A stretch of DNA of 57,988 nt from a virus: the IMG/VR virus record IMGVR_UViG_3300031965_000033, positions 1-57,988 of that record. The stretch is one strand, 5' to 3'. Shown here one piece after another: positions 26,457-35,772 of this stretch (its first letter is position 1; every line of letters begins with the position of its first letter). A program made the translations under genes and the position numbers. The notes beneath the pieces were generated by a model. The model was not told where the DNA came from. It was given only the letters and a program-made list of their open reading frames with translations, and made no database searches.

Positions 26457-27070
26457 TGGCCGGTACATGGCAGTGGGACGCAATAGCTAAAGCGTATCGA
26501 TCACCGTCCGGCCGCAAGCTCACGCCGCACGCGACCGCCAACCTGCGCAACCGCTTCGCCGCCGCCCGCTCCGAGATCGCCCGCATGCTCGCTAACGACT
26601 TCACGTCGGGCGTCCTGACTAAAGCGCAGTTCTCGACCGCGTTCGAGGTGTTCATCGGCGACACGATGACCGCGAGCTTCCTTGCCGGCCGGGGCGGGGT
26701 GAACGCGATGGTCGACGCGGATATGAAGTCGATCCTCGATCTCATCACCGATCAACTGGGATTTGCTGACGAGTTCGTGAAGGAGATGGACGGGCTGAGC
26801 GCGGAGCAGATCGCGAACCAGGCGAGTCTGTACGGAGATGCCGCGGTGAAGGGATTCGAGGAGGGGCACGGGGCGAGCCACGGCGCTGATCTCCCGGGGT
26901 ATCCAGGGGATTGGAGCACCCCCTGTGCAAGTGGCTGTAGGTGTTATTGGGAAATTGTAACGGATAACAAGGGTACTACTTATAACTGGATCACCGCGTC
27001 AGACGATCGCGTGTGTTCAGGGTGCGAACAACGCGGCCGGGATTGGAATCCGTGGACTCCAAGCGAGTGA
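26456..27070 (+). CDS. Head morphogenesis protein (Mu F / SPP1 gp7-like)
   Basis: Follows the portal. C-terminal PGYPGDWSTPCASGCRCYW...DRVCSGC motif typical of this family. Confidence 0.8.
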   Translation: MAGTWQWDAIAKAYRSPSGRKLTPHATANLRNRFAAARSEIARMLANDFTSGVLTKAQFSTAFEVFIGDTMTASFLAGRGGVNAMVDADMKSILDLITDQLGFADEFVKEMDGLSAEQIANQASLYGDAAVKGFEEGHGASHGADLPGYPGDWSTPCASGCRCYWEIVTDNKGTTYNWITASDDRVCSGCEQRGRDWNPWTPSE

Positions 27071-27294
27071 GCGCCGTCGCGTTGACTCATCCTGAGCCGC
27101 AGACCGAGCGAAGCCACATGCGCTACGTTCGCTGCCCTGGCGTGCTGTGCAACCATGCGATCTTCATGGAGACCGAGGGGATCATTGATCCGCCGAAGGA
27201 TTTCAAAGGAACGGTGATTCGTCAGCAGTGCATCTGCAAGGACCGGCGATGCAAGCGGGCGTTCACGGTTCGCATTGGAATCGTGATACATTGA
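27067..27294 (+). CDS. Hypothetical Cys-rich protein
   Basis: GTGA overlap at 27067. Cys pairs in RCPGVLCNH...QQCICKDRRC. Confidence 0.45.
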   Translation: MSAVALTHPEPQTERSHMRYVRCPGVLCNHAIFMETEGIIDPPKDFKGTVIRQQCICKDRRCKRAFTVRIGIVIH

Positions 27295-27374
27295 CGACGA
27301 ACTAAAGACCCAGGCTACGCGCCCTGATCGGCAGAGACGTTACGCACGTCGAGCCGGGATAGGCGCGTTTCCCT

Positions 27375-27806
27375 ATGTCAGCACTCTTCCAGAAATTCAT
27401 GCAGGTCAATGCGGCGGGGGTCGAGGTTTCGTCGGAGATTGCGACCGAAACCGTGTCAGTGACCACGACGGGGTCAGCTGGAACCGCAACCGGCAGCGCG
27501 GTGTCGGGTGAGCTCAACGGGTTCCTTCTTGACATTTATCTCGACTTCCATGCCTCCGCTCCAGCGACGACGGACACGACGATCGCGCACACCGAGCCGA
27601 CGATGGGGAATATCCTCGTCGTCTCGAATAGTGCGACCGATGCGCTTATTACGCCTCGGGCAAAAGCGGTGGATAGCGCGAACGCGGCGATCACGAACTC
27701 GCACGACAAAGTTCCGTTAGATGGAACCGTGACCATCAGCCTCGCGGAGTGCGACGCACTCACGAACGCGCTGGTTGCTCGTATTCGCTATCTCCGGACG
27801 GTGTAG
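27375..27806 (+). CDS. Hypothetical (virion-associated?) protein
   Basis: 143-aa Thr/Ala-rich ORF in the structural region. Confidence 0.55.
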   Translation: MSALFQKFMQVNAAGVEVSSEIATETVSVTTTGSAGTATGSAVSGELNGFLLDIYLDFHASAPATTDTTIAHTEPTMGNILVVSNSATDALITPRAKAVDSANAAITNSHDKVPLDGTVTISLAECDALTNALVARIRYLRTV

Positions 27807-27809
27807 TCG

Positions 27810-28199
27810 ATGAGTGACCGCGACACACCAGGAGACGGTGATGAGTTTGACGGATGGAGGGTCAGATGGTCCAGCCGTCGCCGCCGCAACTACCAGCGCG
27901 GAGAGCTCCACGAGCCGGTGCTCATCCTCACCAAGCCGGGGCGGTCCTGGGTCGAGGTCAAGGGCCAATGCGAGATCGACCGCCCGGTGATGCTCGCGCA
28001 CGGGATGGTGAGTGCATCGCTGTGCGACGCGCATTTCGCCCACCAGTGGGGGGATGAGGCGGCGGCGATCCGCTACGAGATCGAAGCCGAGCGGTGGCGG
28101 CAAATCGTGAAGGTTCGAACAATCGGCGCGGCAGTCCAACGTGTGGGCGCCGCACGCATGGCAGTAGAACCGGCGGGAGCCGGAGCGAAAGGACGGTAA
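27810..28199 (+). CDS. Hypothetical protein
   Basis: 129-aa ORF starting 4 nt after the upstream stop. Confidence 0.5.
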   Translation: MSDRDTPGDGDEFDGWRVRWSSRRRRNYQRGELHEPVLILTKPGRSWVEVKGQCEIDRPVMLAHGMVSASLCDAHFAHQWGDEAAAIRYEIEAERWRQIVKVRTIGAAVQRVGAARMAVEPAGAGAKGR

Positions 28200-28202
28200 C
28201 CA

Positions 28203-28646
28203 GTGGCAGTCAGCAATAAGTGGTACGGAAATGCGTTTTTGGCCGCCTTCGATAAGGAGATCGATTATCTCGCCGACGATATCGCCGTGACCCTGCATAC
28301 CGTGACCTACGTCCCGGATCAGGACGTTGACGATTATGCCGACGATGCGACGAACCAACTTTCGACCGCAAACGGGTACACGTCTGGTGGCGAGTTGCTC
28401 GGGAGCAAGACGAACGATTACACGTCGGGCACCAACGTCGTGGCGTTCAAGGCGGCCGACGTGGTCTGGACGGCAACGGGCACGCTGACGGCGAGACTGG
28501 CCGTAGTTTCGGACACGACACCAGGCACGGCGGGGACAAACCCGTTGCTCACCTATCACTTGAGCGATGCAGATATTTCAGCCACGGATGCATCCTGGAC
28601 CTTCGATTTACCTGCCGGAGGTTTTGCCACGATAACACCTGCTTAG
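28203..28646 (+). CDS. Hypothetical (virion-associated?) protein
   Basis: GTG start 4 nt after the upstream stop; 147 aa, beta-rich composition. Confidence 0.55.
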   Translation: MAVSNKWYGNAFLAAFDKEIDYLADDIAVTLHTVTYVPDQDVDDYADDATNQLSTANGYTSGGELLGSKTNDYTSGTNVVAFKAADVVWTATGTLTARLAVVSDTTPGTAGTNPLLTYHLSDADISATDASWTFDLPAGGFATITPA

Positions 28647-28651
28647 GGAAA

Positions 28652-29536
28652 CTATGGTCTCCATTCTGTTCCGCGAAGAATGGGGCCGATGCTTCCTCGA
28701 CTTACGCCGTATTTACCGGCAAGGGATCGCTGCGTATGACGACCGGATGCGTAGTCAAGACGAATAGCAGCAACCTGCTCGGTGGTCAATTTGGACCGAC
28801 CGTTACGTTCTCCTGTCCTGCCACGATCTTCGGAGGAAAGAAGCAGATGGGTAGGAACATCGCAACGCGGCTCATCGTCGGTTTTCCAGTACTCGTTGCG
28901 GACGATGACGGATACCAGAGATTTACTGACGCGGAACTCGGCAGCCAGGGAGCGGACAGTGCATTGCCCGGTGGCATAAGCTGCGCGGATAACCTCAACC
29001 TTAGCGTTAGTCAGTTTCGATTGCCCGTTCCCCTCGCCGCGCGGTCGCTTCTCCGGGTGCGTGTTGGCTCCATTCTTCTCGCCGTATGGCCGGCACTCCG
29101 GGTGAAGATGCGAGCCGTTCTCGTCTCCACGAAGGACCAACTCAGGCAATCGTCGCGTCCAGTGATCATCCCCACGAAGGACGCGCTCGGGATACAGACG
29201 CATGCCGTTCTTGTCTCCCACTGCTTGGCGTCCCTTGGCGACCATATCGGCCATGTTATCGGCCGGAGTACCAAGCCAAAGATGCTTAGGATTCACGCAC
29301 GACGGGTTGTCTCCGTTGGGGCAGTTGTGGCAAACGTGAAGGCCATCTGGAATCGATCCGTGGTGCAACCGCCAAGAAAAGCGGTGAGAAAAAATCAAAT
29401 GCCGCTTCACGGAAAATCTACCGTAGCCGGATTCAGTACGCCCGCCGATCCACAACCAACACGAATCCGGTCCGCCGGAGCAATCGACTTTCGACCAAAA
29501 ACGGGTAACGTCGCGTGGGGTAAACTGATCGAGCAT
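28652..29536 (-). CDS. HNH homing-type endonuclease with C-terminal repeats and HTH modules
   Basis: RFWSKVD..CWLWIG..GYGRF..HRFSW..LHVCHNCPNGDNPSCVNPKHLWLGT. Repeated NG..HPE..RG units and two SKLT...SLA..VS HTH-like units. The only minus-strand gene inside the head region. Confidence 0.85.
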   Translation of the reverse strand: MLDQFTPRDVTRFWSKVDCSGGPDSCWLWIGGRTESGYGRFSVKRHLIFSHRFSWRLHHGSIPDGLHVCHNCPNGDNPSCVNPKHLWLGTPADNMADMVAKGRQAVGDKNGMRLYPERVLRGDDHWTRRLPELVLRGDENGSHLHPECRPYGEKNGANTHPEKRPRGEGNGQSKLTNAKVEVIRAAYATGQCTVRSLAAEFRVSKSLVSVIVRNEYWKTDDEPRCDVPTHLLLSSEDRGRTGERNGRSKLTTEQVAAIRLDYASGRHTQRSLAGKYGVSRGSIGPILRGTEWRP

Positions 29537-29757
29537 TGCAGACTCCTATCTGTGGTGCCACGGCCCCGGCGAGACCATTCGCGCGGGGTCACTTTGTTGC
29601 CCTCCATTTTACCATTTTCCGCGCATTCACGCGGGTTTTACGGATACGAACGATGAGACCGACGAAAAAGCCGCACCCCACGAAACCTCCCCCGCTCCTC
29701 GCCGGAAGCCGGTTCGGGGTGGGGGTGCTGGGCGCGTTTATCCTGGGGAGTTAGCCA

Positions 29758-31038
29758 ATGCCCTACACACATACAACCAAATCGGACGGGCAGACGCTGA
29801 CTGCTGCCGAGTGGAACGCGGTCGGCGATGCGGTTGAGTCGGGCACGGTGTCCGTTACCGAAGTCCTTGTCGCCGCGTCCAACGCGCCCGCGAAGACCAT
29901 TGCCGGCGCGGATTACGGCTGCGATGGCACGGACGATCATGTCCAGATTCAGGCAGCGATTGATGCCGCGCAGGCCGATGTCGATGCGCACGGCGGAGCC
30001 ATCGAGCTCAAACTGATTGGCGACTTCAAAACCGCCGATACGATTGAGTGGAAGTCATGCCCGCTCGTTGGCTCCCAGACCAAGCACGGCACATCGCTGC
30101 GCTGGGACGGCGCGGCGGGCGGTCTCATGATGACAAAAAACCATACGCTCGAAGGCGGCATGTCGCTCAACCATATGCGCGAGATTCAGTTCCGAAGCGG
30201 CACCGCTGAGCCGCTCAACTTCCTCGAATTCCCGCACAGCACGGACTCAGGCAAGTACGTTGACGCGGAGCTCCAACTTCAGCGTGTCAAATTCTTTGGA
30301 TCGTCCGGGTCCGGCATCAAAGTCGGGCGCTGGGTCAATCTCCATTGGGAGCATTTGCGATGGGATAACGTCGGCGGGTACGCGATTGAGCTCAAGGCGG
30401 GCCAGTTCGACAACCAGGCGGACTTCTGCATCGATGGCTTTAGCTATGATCACAGCCGCACGTCATCGCGCGGACTTGGTTTTCTCAACATTGACCTGAC
30501 GACCCATCCCAGCAACGCGGGAACGGTCACACTTAAGAATGCCCGCGTCGAGGTTAACAAGGCATGGGAAGGCAACCAAGCCTTCGTCAATCTCTACCAC
30601 GGCGCGGATTCCACCGCATCAGCTCGCAGCGTGCAGCTCCATATCGAGGACATCACGTTCCAGGATGTCGGCAACGGCGAAGCCAAGATGACCGACGATT
30701 GCATCATCTACCGGGACACCGCCAACACAACCCAGAGTGAATCGTTTTATATCGAGAACTGCGTATGGACATCGGATTCCGCCGTCCTTGGTGGAACATG
30801 GCCGACGACGCAGGTGATTCCGGCGATGCCACCCGCCGGATTGATCCAGTTGATGGTCAACGGCAGCGTGCTTCGTTTGCTTGACGGCGTGTCGGTCAAA
30901 GTCGTGGCGGGCGCGGTTAGCGACGGGAGTTTCGCGCCGACCACGGTTCCGGACGGTACAGTCGCAATCGATTCGACCAACGGACGATTTTATTTCAAGT
31001 ACGGCGGGGCTTGGCATTACGTAACCCAGACAGCGTAG
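29758..31038 (+). CDS. Pectate-lyase-fold (right-handed beta-helix) protein, depolymerase/fibre-like
   Basis: GADYGCDGTDDHVQIQAAIDAA matches the N-terminal signature of Pectate_lyase_3-type tailspikes. Confidence 0.65.
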   Translation: MPYTHTTKSDGQTLTAAEWNAVGDAVESGTVSVTEVLVAASNAPAKTIAGADYGCDGTDDHVQIQAAIDAAQADVDAHGGAIELKLIGDFKTADTIEWKSCPLVGSQTKHGTSLRWDGAAGGLMMTKNHTLEGGMSLNHMREIQFRSGTAEPLNFLEFPHSTDSGKYVDAELQLQRVKFFGSSGSGIKVGRWVNLHWEHLRWDNVGGYAIELKAGQFDNQADFCIDGFSYDHSRTSSRGLGFLNIDLTTHPSNAGTVTLKNARVEVNKAWEGNQAFVNLYHGADSTASARSVQLHIEDITFQDVGNGEAKMTDDCIIYRDTANTTQSESFYIENCVWTSDSAVLGGTWPTTQVIPAMPPAGLIQLMVNGSVLRLLDGVSVKVVAGAVSDGSFAPTTVPDGTVAIDSTNGRFYFKYGGAWHYVTQTA

Positions 31039-31048
31039 GAGGCGAGCG

Positions 31049-33676
31049 GTGGCGTTCGTCTCGGACAGCTTCACCGATACCGATACAACCGAACTGTCGC
31101 TCCACACCGGCGAAACCGGGGCGACCTGGACAAAGCACGCCTCGTATAGCACGCTCATCACGATCGTCGGCAACCGTGCCGTGGTGCCCGCCACGACCAA
31201 TACGCTCTACTACGCGAGCGGAACGCCCACCAACGCCGATTACGATGTTGAGGCAGCGATTACTCCGAAGGCCGTTGAGGCCAACGTCGGCATCTGCGCC
31301 CGGATCGACACGTCGGCGAACACGCTCTACATCCTGCAATACGTCGCCGCCAGCACCCGCTGGGAGATCGGACGATTCAGCGCCGGGTCGTACCAAGCGC
31401 TCGGCACCTTTACCCAGACACTCACCGTTGATCAGGCGTACGCGGTCAAGTTCGAACTGCGCGGCGACGCACTCAAGGCGTACATCGACAGCGTTGAGCG
31501 GATCAGTGTCACGGATAGCACCATCACGGCAGCGGGGCGCGTCGGCATCCGGGGCTCTCGGGTTGGCGCGGACGCGGCGACTCGTGGTCTGCATGTCGAT
31601 GATTTCAGCGCGAGCGATCCAGCGGTCGCGGGTCAATTCGCCCGTCCCGACGCGGATGTGTCGGCCGGGACGTGGACCACCGCTCCGCTCTGGAGCAGCA
31701 TCGACGAAGCGGCGGCTGACGACGGCGATCTCATCACCTCGTCAACCACCTCGGGCAGTACGTGCGAGGTTGCGCTCTCCGACGTAACCGACCCCGCCGT
31801 CTCCACCGGGCACATCGTCCGCTACCGCTACAGCAAGACGGCGACTGGGGGTAGTAGTCCGAACATCACGGTCGATCTGGTCGAAAACACGACCGTTCGC
31901 GCGAGTAGCGGCGCGGTCGCGATCCCGGACGCGACGACCTGGAACGACGGAACGTTTACCCTGACTGGCGGGGAAGCCGACTCGATCACGGACTACGCGG
32001 ACCTGCGGTTGCGCTTCACGATGACGCGAGCCGGGGGATCTGCTCGCGGCGCTCGGGTAAGTTGGGCAGAGTTTGAGGTCCCAGCGGCTGGGACTCCGGC
32101 GTCCCTAACGGTGGCAGCGGCAACGGCGCCCGCCGCTGGGGGCACAGTCAATCTCCTGGTTGCCGCGATCCTATCGGTCACGGCGGCAACCAGTGCAGCG
32201 GCGGCAGATGGTGCGCTCACCGTTCCGAATGCACTGACCGTCACCGCAGCTGAGGCAACCGCCGCTGGCGATGCGAACATCACCGCCGCGTCGATCCTGA
32301 CCGTGACCCCGGCTGAATCCCCGGCGGCAGGCGGGTCGGTCAACCTGTCGGCGGCGTCCCTGTTGACGATTACACCTGCCGAGTCCCCCGCTGCCGCTGA
32401 TGGCGCACTCACCGGGCAAGGCGCTCTGGGCGTCGTCAACGCCACCGCACCGGCCCAGGCCGAATCTGTCGATCTCGTTGGTTCGGCGGTCGCAAGCCTC
32501 ATGGTTGATCCCGCGACATCCGCCGCCGCTGGTGGACCCGTGAACTTTACGGCGGCGGCGCGGATGGTCATCTCCGAGGGATTCGAGCTCGGTGAGGACC
32601 TGCTCGGCACGGGCACGCTGGGCACAGGTCTCCCGTCGGCTAGTGCTGACGGTGGAGCGGTCACCTTTGCCATTACGTCGGCGCTAATCGTCACCCCTGC
32701 TGAAGCACCGGCATCGGGTGGCACGGTCAACCTAACTGCAGCCTCGTCATTCGCGATCACACCGGCTGAGGCTTCGGCTGTTGGCGATGGCGCGTTGACC
32801 GGGCAAGGCGTGCTCGGGGTTTCGATCGCGACCGCTCCCGCTGCTGGTGGGGCGGTTGATCTGCTCGGTGATGTGAGCGCGGCGGGCACGTTGACCGTGG
32901 CGGCTGCTGAGGCTCCGGCAGCTGTTGATGCCAACCTCACCGCCGCGTCCGTGTTCGCGGCTAATACGGCGACGGCCACCGCGCAGGCGGAAACATCCGC
33001 ACTGATCGGACAGGCCCGGCTCGCGGTGGTTGCTGCCGAAGCGGCGGCACAGGCCGAGACCGTCAGTCTCACTGGGCAGGGCATCCTGTCGGTTACCGGC
33101 GCTGAGTCGCCCGCGCAGGGTGAAGGCGTCACGTTCGATGCCGCCGCCCGGATGGTGCTGGCCGAAGCTCTGGCAAGTGCCGAGGCGGGCGCGGTTTCGC
33201 TCAATGCCGGTGGCGCGGCGTCATTGACGGTCAGTCCGGCGACAGCAGACGCGGCGGCTGACAGCGCGTTCACGGCGGCGGCGACATTCGGCGTGACCAC
33301 GGCGACCGCTGTTGCCGAAGGCGCGGCGGTTTCGTTTGACGCCGCGAGCAGGATGGTCCTAGTATCGGCGCTCGCGGCCGCGGCGGGCGGGGGCGTTACG
33401 CTCGCTGCACCAGGCGCGCTCGCCGTTGATCCAGGCGCGGCTACGGCGGCGGCCGACGGCGCTATGGTTGGGGCTGCCATCCTGTCATTGGATGCAGCGA
33501 TCGCCGTCGCCGCAGCAGCTGGAGATGTGAATTCCGCTGGGTCAATCGCGTTCCTCGGGCGGTTGACGATCAGCGCCACCGGCGGACTGGTTACTGTGAC
33601 GAATACAGACGGCGACCTTACCATAACGCAATCAGGTGGAGTCCTGGCAATCACAGGAGGTCAATACGATGACTGA
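31049..33676 (+). CDS. Large repeat protein: LamG/ConA-like N-terminal domain + ~25 degenerate Ala/Thr/Gly-rich repeats
   Basis: GTG after GGAGG. The N-terminal ~190 aa is jelly-roll-like. From about aa 350, units such as LTVTPAESPAAGGSVNLSAAS repeat. Confidence 0.7.
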   Translation: MAFVSDSFTDTDTTELSLHTGETGATWTKHASYSTLITIVGNRAVVPATTNTLYYASGTPTNADYDVEAAITPKAVEANVGICARIDTSANTLYILQYVAASTRWEIGRFSAGSYQALGTFTQTLTVDQAYAVKFELRGDALKAYIDSVERISVTDSTITAAGRVGIRGSRVGADAATRGLHVDDFSASDPAVAGQFARPDADVSAGTWTTAPLWSSIDEAAADDGDLITSSTTSGSTCEVALSDVTDPAVSTGHIVRYRYSKTATGGSSPNITVDLVENTTVRASSGAVAIPDATTWNDGTFTLTGGEADSITDYADLRLRFTMTRAGGSARGARVSWAEFEVPAAGTPASLTVAAATAPAAGGTVNLLVAAILSVTAATSAAAADGALTVPNALTVTAAEATAAGDANITAASILTVTPAESPAAGGSVNLSAASLLTITPAESPAAADGALTGQGALGVVNATAPAQAESVDLVGSAVASLMVDPATSAAAGGPVNFTAAARMVISEGFELGEDLLGTGTLGTGLPSASADGGAVTFAITSALIVTPAEAPASGGTVNLTAASSFAITPAEASAVGDGALTGQGVLGVSIATAPAAGGAVDLLGDVSAAGTLTVAAAEAPAAVDANLTAASVFAANTATATAQAETSALIGQARLAVVAAEAAAQAETVSLTGQGILSVTGAESPAQGEGVTFDAAARMVLAEALASAEAGAVSLNAGGAASLTVSPATADAAADSAFTAAATFGVTTATAVAEGAAVSFDAASRMVLVSALAAAAGGGVTLAAPGALAVDPGAATAAADGAMVGAAILSLDAAIAVAAAAGDVNSAGSIAFLGRLTISATGGLVTVTNTDGDLTITQSGGVLAITGGQYDD
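32090..33560 (+). repeat. Degenerate ~60-66-bp tandem coding repeats inside 31049..33676
   Basis: Recurrent ...ACn CCn GCn GAn GCn CCn GCn... units, with higher-order duplication (about 32270-32520 vs 32690-32890). Confidence 0.6.
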
Positions 33677-33935
33677 GCCGATCTATGTTGGACAAACGTT
33701 TCGCGCCACCGCGAGCGAATTGGTTGACGCCGCAGGGGTCACGCTGACCACGCCGGTCGTTACGATAACGATCACTGATCCCGACGATGATGTGACGGTT
33801 GGAACGGTGGTTCCCAGTGGGTCAACCTATTACGCGGAATTCGAAGCCGACCGGCGCGGCATCCATACGATCGTGGCGCGCGCGGTCGCTGGGGGTGGCA
33901 CATGGATTGACAAAACGGAGGTTACGATCTCGTGA
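33669..33935 (+). CDS. Hypothetical small beta-rich protein (Ig-like?)
   Basis: ATG 33669 lies 8 nt after AGGAGG (the ORF opens at 33636). Confidence 0.55.
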   Translation: MTEPIYVGQTFRATASELVDAAGVTLTTPVVTITITDPDDDVTVGTVVPSGSTYYAEFEADRRGIHTIVARAVAGGGTWIDKTEVTIS

Positions 33936-34053
33936 CGCTGACACCGAACTTGCATACGTTGCGAACATAGCGTAGAGTCTTCCGTAATTATCGATTCTGG
34001 GCCACGCGCCCTCTGCTTCTGAGCTACGCGCTCCAAAGCATTGGGCGTTTTGC

Positions 34054-35772
34054 ATGTCCCGGACCTGGACCTCATTCCAATTCGCCAAACCCGATAAGCG
34101 ATCATCGGCCATGGTTGGCCTCTGGCTTGCGCCCGAACCAGCCGCAACGCTCGCGCTCGATGGTCAACTCCCACCCGACCAACTGCATATCACGCTCGCG
34201 ATCCTGGAGGCCGATGCCGCCAGCCTGAGCGACGTGCAGCAGGCGCGTTTCCTGACCACGGTTGACGATCTCGCGGCTTGGACCGCGCCGCTTTCCGGCG
34301 ATGTCGCGGGCATGGGCCGGTTCTACGCGTCGGACTCGAGCGACGGTCAAGACGTGCTCTTTGCGATTCCGAATGTCGAGGGCTTGGGAAAACTCCGGCA
34401 CCGGCTGTGCGAGAACCTTGGGTACGCGCAACTCCCGCACAAAGACGACTTCGAGTTCTTTCCGCACATTAGCCTCGCCTACGTCGCGTCCGGCGCCGAA
34501 TCGCCCGTGGCTGCCGTCGCAACGACTCCGCTCAGTTTCACCGCCCTGACCGTCGTCATGGGCGATCGGATGACCACCGTCCCCCTTCGTGGTTGGTCCG
34601 ACGGCGCGATGTCCTACGCCGATGCCGGGATCATCGGCGAGGGGCACCGCCTGTTCACCGAACTGCAAACCTACATCGAACCGCCTGAATGGCTTCCGCT
34701 CATGCCGGCCCCCGGCAACTACGTGCACCGCGACTACGGCACGGTCGATTTACCGGCGGATCGGATCGAACGGCTTGTGGCCAGCATCAATAACGGGGTC
34801 TATCAAAAGTCGATTCCGATCGATGTCTCGCACGACAAGGACGATCTCGACCTAAACGGCGGGCTCGGCTGGTTCGGCACTGCCCGCATCAATGCCGACG
34901 GCTCCGCCGATGTGCGGGTCGAATGGACGCCGCGTGGCACGGAAGCGCTGCTGGCGGATCGGTTCCGGTACGTCAGTCCGGAGTTCGCGCTCTCATGGAA
35001 AGACGAGGACGGTGTTGATCACGACGATGTCGTGCTTGGCCTGGCCCTCTGCACGAATCCCTTTTTCAAGGACCTCGCGATCGATCGTGCGCTCGTTGCG
35101 TCCGAGCGCGGCGCGTCCGTTTCCACGCTTTCTCTTGTTCATCAGTTTGGCGAGCCGGTGCGGTTCGTCGCGAAGGATCAGGCGCACCGCGCGCCGGAGG
35201 AAACACTCATGGCAGACGAGAAGCCAGCAGTTGCCCCCACGGCTCAGCAGTTCACGGAGTTGAGCCAATCGTTCAGCGATCTCAAGACGAGTTTCGGCGA
35301 GTTGCAGCAGAAGTTCACCGAGTCGGAGACGGCGCGCGAGACTGAGAAGACCGCACGCGAAGCCGCCGAAGCCAAAGCGACCGAAGCCGATGCCCGCATC
35401 CAGGCGATGGAAGACGCGAAGCGGCGCAAGGAATTCACGGACGAGGTTCTCGGTAAGTCGGACGCGAGCGGGATTCGCTGGTTCGGCAACGCCGATAACC
35501 ACATCAAAATCCTTGAATCCTTTACCGACGATGCGCTCCGGCAGACCTACATCGACGAACAACGTGAGAACGCGAAGCGGATGACGGCGGCCGCGATCAA
35601 GCCGGAGATTGGCAGTGATGCGCCGGGAGAGACCGACATTCAGTCTCAGTACAACGCCGAGGTCACGCGGGTAATGACGGAATCGAAGGTGTCCAAGGCG
35701 CAGGCAACCCGCACGGTGTTGCGTGAGAACCGGGAGCTCGCGGCCGCGGTTGCGGCTGGAAAGGTCAAGTAA
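34054..35772 (+). CDS. Fusion protein: 2H phosphoesterase (LigT-like) domain + Mu gpI-type prohead protease + coiled-coil scaffold
   Basis: Two HxT/S motifs (LHITLAIL, PHISLAYV) about 100 aa apart. Then IPIDVSHDKDD..GWFGTARINADGSADVRVEWTPRG..FRYVSPEF (Mu I-like). Then a long Glu/Lys/Ala-rich helical region. The start may be 34111. Confidence 0.8.
   Translation: MSRTWTSFQFAKPDKRSSAMVGLWLAPEPAATLALDGQLPPDQLHITLAILEADAASLSDVQQARFLTTVDDLAAWTAPLSGDVAGMGRFYASDSSDGQDVLFAIPNVEGLGKLRHRLCENLGYAQLPHKDDFEFFPHISLAYVASGAESPVAAVATTPLSFTALTVVMGDRMTTVPLRGWSDGAMSYADAGIIGEGHRLFTELQTYIEPPEWLPLMPAPGNYVHRDYGTVDLPADRIERLVASINNGVYQKSIPIDVSHDKDDLDLNGGLGWFGTARINADGSADVRVEWTPRGTEALLADRFRYVSPEFALSWKDEDGVDHDDVVLGLALCTNPFFKDLAIDRALVASERGASVSTLSLVHQFGEPVRFVAKDQAHRAPEETLMADEKPAVAPTAQQFTELSQSFSDLKTSFGELQQKFTESETARETEKTAREAAEAKATEADARIQAMEDAKRRKEFTDEVLGKSDASGIRWFGNADNHIKILESFTDDALRQTYIDEQRENAKRMTAAAIKPEIGSDAPGETDIQSQYNAEVTRVMTESKVSKAQATRTVLRENRELAAAVAAGKVK

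Noticed and set aside
27717-28559. Long minus-strand ORFs opposite well-supported genes (also 9275..10285, 23944..24633, 30995..31636, 39766..40536, 48523..49383, 51763..52557)
   Set aside because: Their products are Arg/Gly/Pro/His-rich, typical of shadow frames in GC-rich DNA. They fully overlap forward genes with recognisable motifs or tight operon structure, and no RBS or promoter is seen.
31993-33654. 553-aa ORF on the minus strand
   Set aside because: It is antisense to the Ala-rich repeat region of 31049..33676. Alanine codons (GCN) read in reverse also lack stops. The product is low-complexity Ala/Pro/Ser with no RBS. The forward gene has a proper start, N-terminal domain and context.
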